64,000 nucleotides of DNA from Candidatus Enterousia intestinigallinarum (GTDB lineage Bacteria; Pseudomonadota; Alphaproteobacteria; Rs-D84), in NCBI GenBank assembly GCA_018716885.1, contig DVJI01000012.1, forward strand, positions 78,050-142,049. Reading direction: 5' to 3'. The stretch's first letter is position 1, and each line of letters starts with the position of its first letter. The notes beneath the pieces are model-generated. The model was not told where the DNA came from and searched no databases. It was given only the letters and a program-made list of their open reading frames with translations. A program made the translations under genes and the position numbers. Shown one piece after another: positions 30,983 through 40,747 of the stretch.

Positions 30983-31387
30983 TTATTCTGCATCCAGTTG
31001 AGTACGCAAACCAACACGCTGGAAACCGGCGTCTTTCAGTTTTCCCATAATGGACATCACCGCGCCATAGTCCGCCGACGCGTCCCCATTTATCATAATT
31101 GTCAAATCCGGGTTTTCGCCACGCATTGCAACAACGCGACGAACCGCGTCATCGCGCGATAATTTTGTTTCACCGACATAATATTCGCCTGTGGCATCGA
31201 CACTGATTTGAATTGCGTGATCGTTTCCGGTCAATGCCGACGTGCCCGCCCGCGGCAGATTCAAATCAATCCCCGTGGTCAGCATCGGCGTTGTCACCAT
31301 AAACACAGCCAACAGCACCGTCATAATGTCTATCATTGGTGTCAGTGATATATTGACATCTGTGTTTCTGTTTCTTCTGCGCGTCAT
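30983..31387 (-). CDS. tolR: TolR/ExbD family biopolymer transport protein
   Basis: ExbD/TolR fold: single transmembrane helix after MTRRRNRNTDVNISLTPMIDIMTVLL. Confidence 0.75.
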   Translation of the reverse strand: MTRRRNRNTDVNISLTPMIDIMTVLLAVFMVTTPMLTTGIDLNLPRAGTSALTGNDHAIQISVDATGEYYVGETKLSRDDAVRRVVAMRGENPDLTIMINGDASADYGAVMSIMGKLKDAGFQRVGLRTQLDAE

Positions 31388-31395
31388 TTTGATAC

Positions 31396-31902
31396 CTATT
31401 TGCGTTTGTCGTATTTTCCGGCTTTCAATTCTTTGACCCGTTCGGTTAAAACGTCATACAGGTCGTCTGATTTTTTACTGAAATACTGATACGCGATTGC
31501 CGCCGGCACCGCCGCAATCAGCCCCAACGCCGTTGTTCCCAATGCAGTTGCCAATCCAGGCGCAATAACACCGATTGAAACGGACTGATTTACACCAATT
31601 GATGCAAACGAATCCATAACCCCCCAAATAGTTCCAAACAGTCCGATAAATGGCGCAACATACGACACCATTGACAAGAACCACAGATTTCTATCAAACG
31701 GACGTATCAATTTATCTGCAATCAAAGATAAATTGTCACTGTTTTTAATCTGTACCGGATGTTTTTTCTGAAAATGCCACAGGCGGATTTTTTCAACAAT
31801 CACAGCCCAGGACATAATGCTGCCTAACACCAACACCAACGAAATGAACAACGTCATCAAGTCGCCAGTAAATAACGTCGTCAAAGAAAAAGCATTTGTC
31901 AT
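31396..31902 (-). CDS. tolQ: TolQ/ExbB family proton-channel protein (short form)
   Basis: MotA/TolQ/ExbB signature in the C-terminal half (GLFGTIWGVM...ALGTTALGLIAAVPA). Confidence 0.75.
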   Translation of the reverse strand: MTNAFSLTTLFTGDLMTLFISLVLVLGSIMSWAVIVEKIRLWHFQKKHPVQIKNSDNLSLIADKLIRPFDRNLWFLSMVSYVAPFIGLFGTIWGVMDSFASIGVNQSVSIGVIAPGLATALGTTALGLIAAVPAAIAYQYFSKKSDDLYDVLTERVKELKAGKYDKRK

Positions 31903-31929
31903 TATAATTACCCTTGGTTAAAAAATTAT

Positions 31930-32307
31930 TTATTCCCTGAACGGTTCGGCGACGCTGTCCGGTATACGCTTTGGCATCATATTGGCACCGATATATGCCG
32001 CCGTTCCAGTAAGTATAGCACAAATCACGCCGTCTTTCACGAACTTTTGTTCAACCGACATCGATGCCGCCCCCAATTTAGTCACAGCAGTTTCAACAAT
32101 AACTGTGTCCGATAAAAACAGCGGATGCACATACCTTATACTTAAATCCCGCACAACAAAGCCAACGTCACCGTCCGGAAATTTAATTCCGCGCAATATA
32201 TCCATACGCGCACGTTCGGCAATTTCAATATAGCGACCGTGATACACTATGCCGCCAGCATCAGTATCAGCATATGCAATCGCAAATGGAAATTTATGAA
32301 TTTTCAT
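31930..32307 (-). CDS. ybgC: Acyl-CoA thioesterase of the YbgC (4HBT) family
   Basis: Hot-dog thioesterase sequence. It lies immediately upstream of tolQ-tolR, as in tol-pal operons. Confidence 0.7.
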   Translation of the reverse strand: MKIHKFPFAIAYADTDAGGIVYHGRYIEIAERARMDILRGIKFPDGDVGFVVRDLSIRYVHPLFLSDTVIVETAVTKLGAASMSVEQKFVKDGVICAILTGTAAYIGANMMPKRIPDSVAEPFRE

Positions 32308-32921
32308 TTAGCAACCTCTACAAAAGAATTTGAATCTATCCCAAGTTCATTTTTTAATCTATCTGAAACCCGCCGTCTTATTTCTTTAAACACTGCCTTT
32401 AAAATTGGTTCAAAGTCAAAACATGCAGCAAATTCATCAGAAAAGAATAATTTCCAATAAAAATTATCGTTATATTCCCCAACGTATTTTAAATCTTTTG
32501 CGCACAGATGCTGGACGGTGGTATCTAATCTATCTAATGCCTTTACTAATTTTGATTCTGGCGATACACGTTTTTCATACTCATCAAAGCAATCTGCCAC
32601 ATCAGGATTTTGTATCATATCCATAATTTTTCTGACGGCACAGGCCTCTTGCATACTTTTTTCCATACGGCACGCATCGTCCTGCTGATGCAGCGGCACG
32701 TCATGAGCAATCGCTTCGGGCAGGTCATGCAAAACGCATAATTTCAAGACCTTTTCCATATCATACTTTCTGGTAAAATAAGGTTCCATGGCCACCGCCA
32801 TCATCGCCATATTCCATGAATGCGACGCAACGGCCTGCTGATTATTGTCAGACATACGAGTTAACCTGTACTCGCATTCTAACCGTTCGGCAATCTTCAA
32901 AAAATCAACTATTTCTTTCAT
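32304..32921 (-). CDS. HD-domain phosphohydrolase
   Basis: H..HD metal-binding motif (VLHDLPEAIAHD). Confidence 0.6.
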   Translation of the reverse strand: MKEIVDFLKIAERLECEYRLTRMSDNNQQAVASHSWNMAMMAVAMEPYFTRKYDMEKVLKLCVLHDLPEAIAHDVPLHQQDDACRMEKSMQEACAVRKIMDMIQNPDVADCFDEYEKRVSPESKLVKALDRLDTTVQHLCAKDLKYVGEYNDNFYWKLFFSDEFAACFDFEPILKAVFKEIRRRVSDRLKNELGIDSNSFVEVAK

Positions 32922-32930
32922 GTTAAAAGA

Positions 32931-33920
32931 TTATTTTTCCAGTCCCAAATGCGCATAACCCGCATCAGTAACAATACGACCACGCGGCGTACGTTGAATA
33001 AATCCCAACTGCATCAAGTAAGGTTCAATAACATCTTCTATGGTATCGGCGGGTTCGGATAATGCCGCGGCCAGGTTTTCAATTCCAACTGGCCCACCGG
33101 CATAGTGCCGTATTATCGCACTCATATATTCGCGATCTAATTCATCCAAGCCACCTGCATCTATATGCAGTTGTACCAATGTTGTTTTTATTGTATCGGT
33201 TGAAATCGTGTCACGCCCCAATGCGGCGGCGAAATCACGCGCACGTTTCAGCAATCGGTTTGCGATACGCGGTGTGCCGCGTGCACTGCGCGCCAACATT
33301 GCTGCACCGTCGGCATCAATCGGTGTGCCCAGTATATTTGCACTGCGCATTATAATCTTGGCCAAATCGTCCGGCGAATAAAATGACAGGCGTAAATCTA
33401 TTCCAAACCGGTCACGCAACGGATTTGACAGCAATCCCGTACGCGTTGTCGCACCCACCAGCGTAAACGGGGGCAGGTCAATCCGCACACTTTTCGCGGA
33501 CGGCCCTTCACCCAGCATTATATCCAGTTTGAAATCTTCCATTGCGGAATACAAAACTTCTTCGATTGCCGTCGGCAAACGATGAATTTCATCAATAAAC
33601 AAAACATCCATCGGTTCCAGCGACGTTAAAATCGCTGCCAAGTCACCTTGTTTGGTCAGCATAGGCGCCGCCGTCGCACGGAAATTCGTACCCAATTCGT
33701 TTGCAACAATATGCGCCAGCGTGGTTTTACCCAACCCCGGCGGTCCATACAGCAAAACGTGATCCATTGCTTCACCGCGGGACTTTGCCCCAGATATAAA
33801 CACAGACAGGTTTTGCTTCAACCCGTCGTGTCCGATAAAATCAGACAACGCACGCGGACGAATTGACGCCGCCATTTCGTCTGGGATATTTGGGTCTAAA
33901 AATCTATCTTTGTTTTGCAT
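32931..33920 (-). CDS. ruvB: Holliday junction branch-migration helicase RuvB
   Basis: Walker [10 protein letters not shown] and the characteristic full-length RuvB sequence. Confidence 0.95.
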   Translation of the reverse strand: MQNKDRFLDPNIPDEMAASIRPRALSDFIGHDGLKQNLSVFISGAKSRGEAMDHVLLYGPPGLGKTTLAHIVANELGTNFRATAAPMLTKQGDLAAILTSLEPMDVLFIDEIHRLPTAIEEVLYSAMEDFKLDIMLGEGPSAKSVRIDLPPFTLVGATTRTGLLSNPLRDRFGIDLRLSFYSPDDLAKIIMRSANILGTPIDADGAAMLARSARGTPRIANRLLKRARDFAAALGRDTISTDTIKTTLVQLHIDAGGLDELDREYMSAIIRHYAGGPVGIENLAAALSEPADTIEDVIEPYLMQLGFIQRTPRGRIVTDAGYAHLGLEK

Positions 33921-33923
33921 ATT

Positions 33924-34583
33924 TTATAATAACTTGTTATCTGCATTTTCACGTCCGACATATGCCTTCAAATCATTATACATTTGACGCAGGTCTGCCG
34001 GCTGAGAATAATGTTCATCCGCATTTTTAACACGTATGGTTTCCAAATCTATCTGCGCCTGTTTTTTCAGCACCTGTGTCAGATGTGTGGCAAATGCCTT
34101 GGCTTCATCCGACTCGTTTGCGCCCTGCAACAACAGTCCGCGGTTCGGACGCGGCGATAAAAATGCAAAGTCCGACACGGACGAATCCGGCGATACCAGT
34201 GCAAACCCAGAAACCTCTGGCCGGCGCATCATCGCCTGCAAAACATACCAAGCCCCCAACTGATTGCCCGCCAACCATATGCGGTCGCTGTCTTCATTTC
34301 TGTTTTGAATCCAATCAATTACCGTTGCTATATCCAGCATATTTTCAGATGTGGTGCCGATTGCGCCCTCGGAATAACCAACGCCACGATAATCAAAACG
34401 CACAACAGAAAATCCCGCATCCATAAATGCGCGAAACATTGCGTATGAAACACGATCGTTCATATGGTATTTCTGACGCGGATTACCGGACAGCACCACC
34501 GCCAACGGGGCGGCCAGCGTGTCTGATTTATGGTACACCGCGTGCAATTTACCCGCTTCGCCGGAAATCATAATATCAACCAT
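33924..34583 (-). CDS. Alpha/beta-hydrolase family protein
   Basis: 219 aa with a nucleophile-elbow context (GNQLGAW) and an alpha/beta-hydrolase fold pattern. Confidence 0.5.
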   Translation of the reverse strand: MVDIMISGEAGKLHAVYHKSDTLAAPLAVVLSGNPRQKYHMNDRVSYAMFRAFMDAGFSVVRFDYRGVGYSEGAIGTTSENMLDIATVIDWIQNRNEDSDRIWLAGNQLGAWYVLQAMMRRPEVSGFALVSPDSSVSDFAFLSPRPNRGLLLQGANESDEAKAFATHLTQVLKKQAQIDLETIRVKNADEHYSQPADLRQMYNDLKAYVGRENADNKLL

Positions 34584-34727
34584 AATATCGCCTTCCTTGC
34601 TTTAATTTAATTATTATTCTATCGTTACTTATAGAACAAACGCAGTGCGATTTTCAACAGAAATTTTTGCTTTGACATAGCGGGCGATATTGTTTTAAGA
34701 TTTATCAGAGAGAAAAAGGGCTTTGTT

Positions 34728-35657
34728 ATGGCTAGATTTATTTTAATGACGATGTTTGCCGGATTGGTTGTTTTTAATGTGCACGCTGCAACAACGGATG
34801 AAACGGTCGTGTATGATAACTTCCAAACAATTTATACGGAAACACCGGTACAATCTTATTATGCATATCCGGATGACCCCAATTTTATACCGGAAACGGA
34901 GTTTATGAACCGGGCCGACAGTTTGGATTATGATTTTAATATAGAAGAAGCGCGCCAATTTGAAACTATGTTGCATCCGGGGGTATCGTTTGCCGACCGC
35001 CCGATGATTATATGCCGTAATTTCGGGTGCACGCGCCTGAACGACCGTATAACGCGCACTTTCTTGTTTAACAGTTTGGCGAATATGTTTATGATGAACG
35101 AATATTCCCGCGTCTATATCTGTGAAGCAGATCCGTTTTCACGCGACTGTCTGCAGTCCGGAATATCGTTCCCGGTACGCAGCGGCATCGCCAACGCCCT
35201 GGTTAAAATCCCCAAGGCAACAATTTCCCAGGTAAACGTTTCAACCGGCCTGTCCAAGGCGACGGTCAGTATGACATACGAATTCCTGGTCAACGGAATC
35301 GCGCGCACGTGCGAACCAACAATTATGGATATCGTTGTTCCAATAAATTCCCAGGCAACCCTGTCCAACCGCGAATTTACCTGTAATATGACCAGTGATG
35401 GTTTAAGCAACGTGTCGCTGTTGGTCAGCATCGACTATATCGATTTGGACTATGGCATTTTGGGCGGCTATTATTCATTGGGGATGCAGGGGCCGACAAC
35501 TGGTGGTGGCACCGGATACGCACTGTTCAAAACGGAATTTACCACTGGTGGTATGCAGTTCCGCGCCGCCGTTACTGGTGAAGACGATATTGCCGGTGCA
35601 AATTCTATGATGACGATACAACCCGGCGAATATGCGGTTGAACCGCTGAAAAAATAA
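34728..35657 (+). CDS. Secreted protein (309 aa), uncharacterised, immediately upstream of the two-component system
   Basis: Signal peptide MARFILMTMFAGLVVFNVHA with a ribosome-binding site. Scattered Cys pairs. No homology recognised. Confidence 0.5.
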   Translation: MARFILMTMFAGLVVFNVHAATTDETVVYDNFQTIYTETPVQSYYAYPDDPNFIPETEFMNRADSLDYDFNIEEARQFETMLHPGVSFADRPMIICRNFGCTRLNDRITRTFLFNSLANMFMMNEYSRVYICEADPFSRDCLQSGISFPVRSGIANALVKIPKATISQVNVSTGLSKATVSMTYEFLVNGIARTCEPTIMDIVVPINSQATLSNREFTCNMTSDGLSNVSLLVSIDYIDLDYGILGGYYSLGMQGPTTGGGTGYALFKTEFTTGGMQFRAAVTGEDDIAGANSMMTIQPGEYAVEPLKK

Positions 35658-35700
35658 ATTCGCCGGCGGCAACGCCGAAAATGCGAAATTTATTATTCTT

Positions 35701-36369
35701 ATGAACAAAACAGTTTTAATTATTGATGATGACGATATGTTGCGCAAAACGCTGGCACGCGGATTGCGCGACAATGGTTTTAATGTTCTGACCGCCCCCA
35801 GTGCCGAAGAGGGCGATAAAATCCTGGCCCACGTTGTTGCGGACGCAATCGTACTGGACAGAATGATGGCGGGACGCGACGGATTGACATTTCTGCGCGA
35901 CCTGCGTGCGCGGGGCGTTATGATTCCGGTAATAATGCTTACCGCAATGTCAGGTGCGGAAAATGCGATTGACGGCCTGGCGGGCGGGGCAAACGACTAT
36001 CTGGCAAAGCCATTTCAGTTACGCGAACTGATTCTGCGACTGAACAATATAATCAAAAACAACGAATTGCCGGACGACCGATTACCGGGCGGTCTGATAT
36101 TTACCGACGAAGAATTTTTTATAACAGACCCACAAAAACCGGGCAGTGCACCCCGTATTTTGCCATTATCCGGCGAAGAAAAGAAACTGTTGCGGGGGCT
36201 GACAACGCCATTTGGAAACATAACACCGGCAACACCGATGGTTGCAAAACGCTTGCGCAATAAATTAAATGTTGTATTATCGGATATAGACATAATTACA
36301 ATACGCGGTCGCGGGTATAAACTGGTTCATATCCGCCCGAGCAGTAACAACAATGGTGATGAAAAATGA
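35701..36369 (+). CDS. OmpR-family two-component response regulator
   Basis: Receiver domain with the phospho-acceptor Asp (DDDD...VLDRMM) and a winged-helix C-terminal domain (IRGRGYKL). Confidence 0.8.
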   Translation: MNKTVLIIDDDDMLRKTLARGLRDNGFNVLTAPSAEEGDKILAHVVADAIVLDRMMAGRDGLTFLRDLRARGVMIPVIMLTAMSGAENAIDGLAGGANDYLAKPFQLRELILRLNNIIKNNELPDDRLPGGLIFTDEEFFITDPQKPGSAPRILPLSGEEKKLLRGLTTPFGNITPATPMVAKRLRNKLNVVLSDIDIITIRGRGYKLVHIRPSSNNNGDEK

Positions 36370-37646
36370 GATTGATACCACGCAGTTTTTTATGGCGCAC
36401 AATTTTGATGATTCTGATACCCCTGATTATAGCCCAGGTTATCATCGCCAACGTATTTTTTGGCAACCATTGGGCACGCGTCCACGCAACACTGGCACGC
36501 AGTTTGGCGGTTGAAATCGTCACAATGATGAACTTTATTGATGACAACAATACAGACACCGCCAAAACAATGGCGCGCGATATGGGCATAAACGTTTCAA
36601 TAAATTCAAAATTAAACCGCCCCAGCAAAAATGATAATGAATCACGTGAAGCGGGATTGTTGGCCAGCGAACTGTCCAACCGCCTGAAACGGCCGGCTCA
36701 GATATATATAGACAAAGGCAAACGCCTGGTATTTGTTGACGTGCCGACAAACGACGGAAAAATCGCGACGTTTGGCACATCGCTGTATCGCATTTATTCC
36801 ACCAGTACTGAAGTATTTATTATATGGTTGATTGGTTCAATATTGATTGTATCGATACTGATTACGCCGTTCATCATTATGCACACGCGCAGTATCAGAC
36901 GCATTGCCAAGGCAGCTGGTCGATTTGGCCGCGGCTTGGACGCCCCTGGATTCCAACCGACCGGTTCCAAAGAAATACGCGAAGCCGCTGCTGCAATGAT
37001 TACGATGAAGGAACGCCTGAATCGCTATAACCGTACACGTACGGATATGTTGAACGCGGTCAGCCACGATTTGAAAACACCACTAACACGTATGCGTCTG
37101 GCCGTGGAAACGGGATCCGCATCTCAAGAAGATTTGTTACAGGACATCGACCGTATGACAGAAATGGTGAACGGATATCTGGCGTTTGCACGTGGTGAAA
37201 TTCCGGAAATAGAACAGGCAACTGAACTGCCCGCTATGCTGTTGCGTATTGCGCGCGACGCCGCCCCGGACAAGGATATTCAAACCGAATTTCCGGACGA
37301 ACCGGCACAGTTCTATGCACGTCCGATGGCATTGGCACGCGCATTTAGCAATATTATTGAAAATGCGGCGCGTTATGCCAAAAAGACAATTCGCATAACC
37401 GAACACGATACTCCCGACCAGGTAGTGGTTATTATCGAAGACGACGGCCCCGGCATTCCAGACGATAAAAAACGCGATGCAATGCGTCCGTTTGTACGTC
37501 TTGATGAATCACGCAGTGAAAAAACCGGCGGAACCGGCCTGGGGTTATCAATTGCACAGACCGCGATTGAAAACCACGGTGGGCAGTTATTCTTGGAAAA
37601 CAGCGATCTGGGCGGGCTAAAGGTTCGTATAGTATTACCAATATAA
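36366..37646 (+). CDS. Two-component sensor histidine kinase (EnvZ-like)
   Basis: Two transmembrane segments, a HAMP-like linker, the H-box HDLKTPLTRMRL and a G-box GGTGLGLSIAQ. Its start overlaps the response-regulator stop. Confidence 0.8.
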   Translation: MRLIPRSFLWRTILMILIPLIIAQVIIANVFFGNHWARVHATLARSLAVEIVTMMNFIDDNNTDTAKTMARDMGINVSINSKLNRPSKNDNESREAGLLASELSNRLKRPAQIYIDKGKRLVFVDVPTNDGKIATFGTSLYRIYSTSTEVFIIWLIGSILIVSILITPFIIMHTRSIRRIAKAAGRFGRGLDAPGFQPTGSKEIREAAAAMITMKERLNRYNRTRTDMLNAVSHDLKTPLTRMRLAVETGSASQEDLLQDIDRMTEMVNGYLAFARGEIPEIEQATELPAMLLRIARDAAPDKDIQTEFPDEPAQFYARPMALARAFSNIIENAARYAKKTIRITEHDTPDQVVVIIEDDGPGIPDDKKRDAMRPFVRLDESRSEKTGGTGLGLSIAQTAIENHGGQLFLENSDLGGLKVRIVLPI

Positions 37647-37664
37647 TTTTGACGGATATAAAAA

Positions 37665-39377
37665 ATGAATTTGTATAAATACGTATCAGAATCAATAAAC
37701 AACAAACTGGGATTTGCCGCAAATCTGGAAGTTCCGCGCAATCGTGCATTTGGCGATTTTTCAACAAACGCCGCAATGGTTATGGCAAAAAGTGCCGGGA
37801 AAAATCCACGTGAATTGGCGGCGGAAATTCTGCCCCAGTTACAGGAATTGGACTTTGTTGCCGACGCATCAATCGCGGGACCGGGATTTATAAACCTAAA
37901 ACTGCGCGATGATTTTATATGGAACGCGGCCATATTGCCACATGAAATGCATACGGAACAGCCATTGGTCATAGACATGGATTATGGGTCATACAATGTT
38001 GCAAAATCATTACACATTGGCCATATGCGTACATCAATTGTTGGCGACACGTTAAACAGAATTGCCAAATACATAGGACATAAAACGATATCCTATAACC
38101 ATATCGGTGATTGGGGACGTTCTATGGGATTGGTAATTGCATGGATAAAAAGAATTCATCCAGACTGGCCCTTTTTTCAACCGGATTTTAACCCGGACGC
38201 CGATTACAGTAAATACACAATATCAATAGAGGAACTGGATACATATTATCCGGCGGCGGCGGCACTGGCGAAAACAGATGAAGAATTTATGGAAACAGCG
38301 CGTGTAATAACTGCTGAATTACAACGCGGTCATGCCGGATATACAGCACTGTATAACGTGTTTTTGCCGATATCCATGGAATCAATGTTGCAAACTGTGC
38401 ATCGGCTGAACATCATGCCGTTTGACCGCAATCTGGGCGAACGCAACGCTGCACAATATACGGCGCCGGTGGAAAAAATGTTGCGCGAAAAGAATCTGCT
38501 GGTAAAAAGCGAAGGCGCCGAAGTAATAGTTGTCAAAAAAGATACAGACACTGCGCCAATGCCGCCGGTGATGTTTTATAATTCACGTGGCGCGGTACCG
38601 TATGATGCGACCGACATAATGGCACTGTATTACAGAAAAATTACCGATAATCCGGACAAAATCATATACCTGACCGACATACGTCAAAAATTACATTTTG
38701 AGCAATTATTCCGTGTTGCCGAACTGACGGGACTGTTCCCGCCGGAAAATCTGGAACACATCGGGTACGGCACAATTAATGGCACAGATGGCAAGCCGTT
38801 TAAAACACGTGACGGTTCTGCTGCTGGATTGAACGACATCATTGAAATGGTGACAGAGGCTGCGCGTAAACGTGTCGCGGACAGCGATAAAAAATTATCC
38901 GACGATACCATTAACGCTATTGCGCTGGCCGCCCTGAAATTTAATGACTTGATGCATGATTTAAGATCAGATTATATATTTGATCCGGAATCCGTTACCA
39001 GTTTCGAGGGGCGCACCGGTCCATACATTCTGTACACGGCAGTACGTCTGAACAGCGTATTAAAACGGGCAGGGGACACGTTCGACGTTGATACCGTGGA
39101 AACACTGACCGATGATGAACGCAATTTGCTGGTTGGAACATTGGACTTTGAACGCACGGTGCAAAGTGCGTTTGACAACCGCGCAACAGACATGATTGCA
39201 AACTACGCGTATGATTTGTGCCAGTTGGCGAACAGTTTTTATCATAACTGCCCAATACTGCGCGATGATGTGGACGAAGTAACACGGGGACATCGACTGA
39301 AAATAGCCCGTATTGCACGCGACACATTGGCCACAGCAATTGATTTAATGGGATTGAAAATCCCAGATGAAATGTAG
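37665..39377 (+). CDS. argS: Arginine--tRNA ligase
   Basis: Class I HIGH motif (SLHIGHMRT) and the ArgRS anticodon-binding C-terminus. Confidence 0.9.
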   Translation: MNLYKYVSESINNKLGFAANLEVPRNRAFGDFSTNAAMVMAKSAGKNPRELAAEILPQLQELDFVADASIAGPGFINLKLRDDFIWNAAILPHEMHTEQPLVIDMDYGSYNVAKSLHIGHMRTSIVGDTLNRIAKYIGHKTISYNHIGDWGRSMGLVIAWIKRIHPDWPFFQPDFNPDADYSKYTISIEELDTYYPAAAALAKTDEEFMETARVITAELQRGHAGYTALYNVFLPISMESMLQTVHRLNIMPFDRNLGERNAAQYTAPVEKMLREKNLLVKSEGAEVIVVKKDTDTAPMPPVMFYNSRGAVPYDATDIMALYYRKITDNPDKIIYLTDIRQKLHFEQLFRVAELTGLFPPENLEHIGYGTINGTDGKPFKTRDGSAAGLNDIIEMVTEAARKRVADSDKKLSDDTINAIALAALKFNDLMHDLRSDYIFDPESVTSFEGRTGPYILYTAVRLNSVLKRAGDTFDVDTVETLTDDERNLLVGTLDFERTVQSAFDNRATDMIANYAYDLCQLANSFYHNCPILRDDVDEVTRGHRLKIARIARDTLATAIDLMGLKIPDEM

Positions 39378-39478
39378 TCATATAATGCGGTACAATAATA
39401 CCGTATTAAAAATCCTTGACTTTTCCGGTATAGCGGGGCATAATAGTCCCGCTAAATTTTAATAAAAGGTAAAAAACT

Positions 39479-39952
39479 ATGGCAGCGACAAAATCGTTAA
39501 AAAAGTGTGAATTGGACGCCAAATGGTATCTGATTGACGCAACCGATTGCACGCTGGGTCGTTTGGCGGCGTATACTGCGAACATCCTGCGTGGTAAAAA
39601 CAAGCCGACGTGGACGCCGAATATGGATTGTGGCGATCACGTTATCATCATCAATGCGGACAAGGTTGCACTGTCTGGCAAAAAAGCCGACAAAACCAAG
39701 TTCTTTTGGCATTCCCTGTGGACGGGCAGCACCAAGGAACGCACCCTGGGCCAGATGCGCAGTGAAAAACCGGAAAAACTGGTCACCAACGCGGTAAAGC
39801 GTATGATGGGCCGTCGCACCGCAGTTGCATTGGCGAACAAGCGTTTGACCAAACTGCACGTATATGCGGGACCGGAACACAAGCACGCGGCACAAAATCC
39901 GATTGTTATCAATTTTGCCGAACTGAATCGTAAAAATAAAAGGGGCGAATAA
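39479..39952 (+). CDS. rplM: 50S ribosomal protein L13
   Basis: [16 protein letters not shown] is the L13 signature. It sits in the rplM-rpsI pair. Confidence 0.9.
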   Translation: MAATKSLKKCELDAKWYLIDATDCTLGRLAAYTANILRGKNKPTWTPNMDCGDHVIIINADKVALSGKKADKTKFFWHSLWTGSTKERTLGQMRSEKPEKLVTNAVKRMMGRRTAVALANKRLTKLHVYAGPEHKHAAQNPIVINFAELNRKNKRGE

Positions 39953-40443
39953 TGACAGAAGCAAAGAAAACTGCGACCAAGACAGCCGCAAAAACAACTA
40001 AACGGGCCGCCCCGGCAAAAACGACCGCGAAAAAAGCGGTGGCTGACGTAAAATTGTCTAATGCGACATACGCCACGGGCAAGCGCAAGGATTCCATTGC
40101 ACGTGTATATCTGATTGCGGGCAAGGGTCAAATTATCGTCAACGGTATTCCGATGGCTGAATATTTCCGCCGTCCGGTACTGCAAATGATTATCGCACAA
40201 CCGTTTGGCATTACAAAACGTGAAACCGCATACGATGTTCACGCAATCGTCGCTGGCGGTGGTTTGTCTGGCCAGGCGGGCGCCGTAAAACACGGTATTT
40301 CCAAGGCATTGGAAAAAGCGGAACCGGATTTACGCAAAACGCTGAAAGCGGCCGGATTCCTGACCCGCGACAGTCGTGTTGTTGAACGTAAGCACTTTGG
40401 TCGTCACAAGGCGCGTCGTTCCACACAGTTCAGCAAACGTTAA
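39952..40443 (+). CDS. rpsI: 30S ribosomal protein S9 with an N-terminal Lys/Ala-rich extension
   Basis: C-terminus ...[29 protein letters not shown] is canonical S9. Confidence 0.9.
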   Translation: MTEAKKTATKTAAKTTKRAAPAKTTAKKAVADVKLSNATYATGKRKDSIARVYLIAGKGQIIVNGIPMAEYFRRPVLQMIIAQPFGITKRETAYDVHAIVAGGGLSGQAGAVKHGISKALEKAEPDLRKTLKAAGFLTRDSRVVERKHFGRHKARRSTQFSKR

Positions 40444-40458
40444 ACCGTTTGTTCAGAC

Positions 40459-40486
40459 AAAAATCCCGCAACCCGCGGGATTTTTT
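40459..40486. terminator. Intrinsic terminator (aaaatcccgcaacccgcgggatttttt)
   Basis: Hairpin plus T-run after rpsI. Confidence 0.65.
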
Positions 40487-40493
40487 ATTATTA

Positions 40494-40637
40494 GTTACTG
40501 TAATAACAATTAGACGTATATGTATATGACCCGGTGCTGTCGCTGCCGGTGGTGCCAGACGGCAAATAACACGACGTGATTGCCGTTGCGCCCGCAGTGG
40601 ATGAACCGTTACTGGGACAGCGGCTGCAACCCCACAT
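40494..40637 (-). pseudogene. Short ORF (47 aa) that is a second, shorter copy of the C-terminal third of the Cys-rich secreted protein at 48868..49347
   Basis: The translation MWGCSRCPSNGSSTAGATAITSCYLPSGTTGSDSTGSYTYTSNCYYSN matches ...CCPNSGSSVAGSTVITSCYLPSGTTGTDTSGTYTYTADCYYSN. It has no signal peptide and is not in the ORF track (under 60 aa). Confidence 0.4.
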
Positions 40638-40703
40638 AAATAAATACAAGAAAATAAAAAGACGCGCGGTCGTGCAAACTTATTATTGCGTTTATAAAAA
40701 AAC

Positions 40704-40713
40704 TGTGTATAAT
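40704..40713 (+). promoter_or_regulatory. Extended -10 promoter element (tgtgtataat) for tig, with a ttgcgt -35 hexamer 16 nt upstream
   Basis: TGnTATAAT match about 35 nt upstream of the tig ATG. Confidence 0.4.
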
Positions 40714-40747
40714 CACACAGCAATTTGTTATTTTTAGGGGAAACACT

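Noticed and set aside
36296-36679. 127-aa ORF on the minus strand spanning the junction of the response-regulator and histidine-kinase genes
   Set aside because: It is antisense to two well-supported CDSs.
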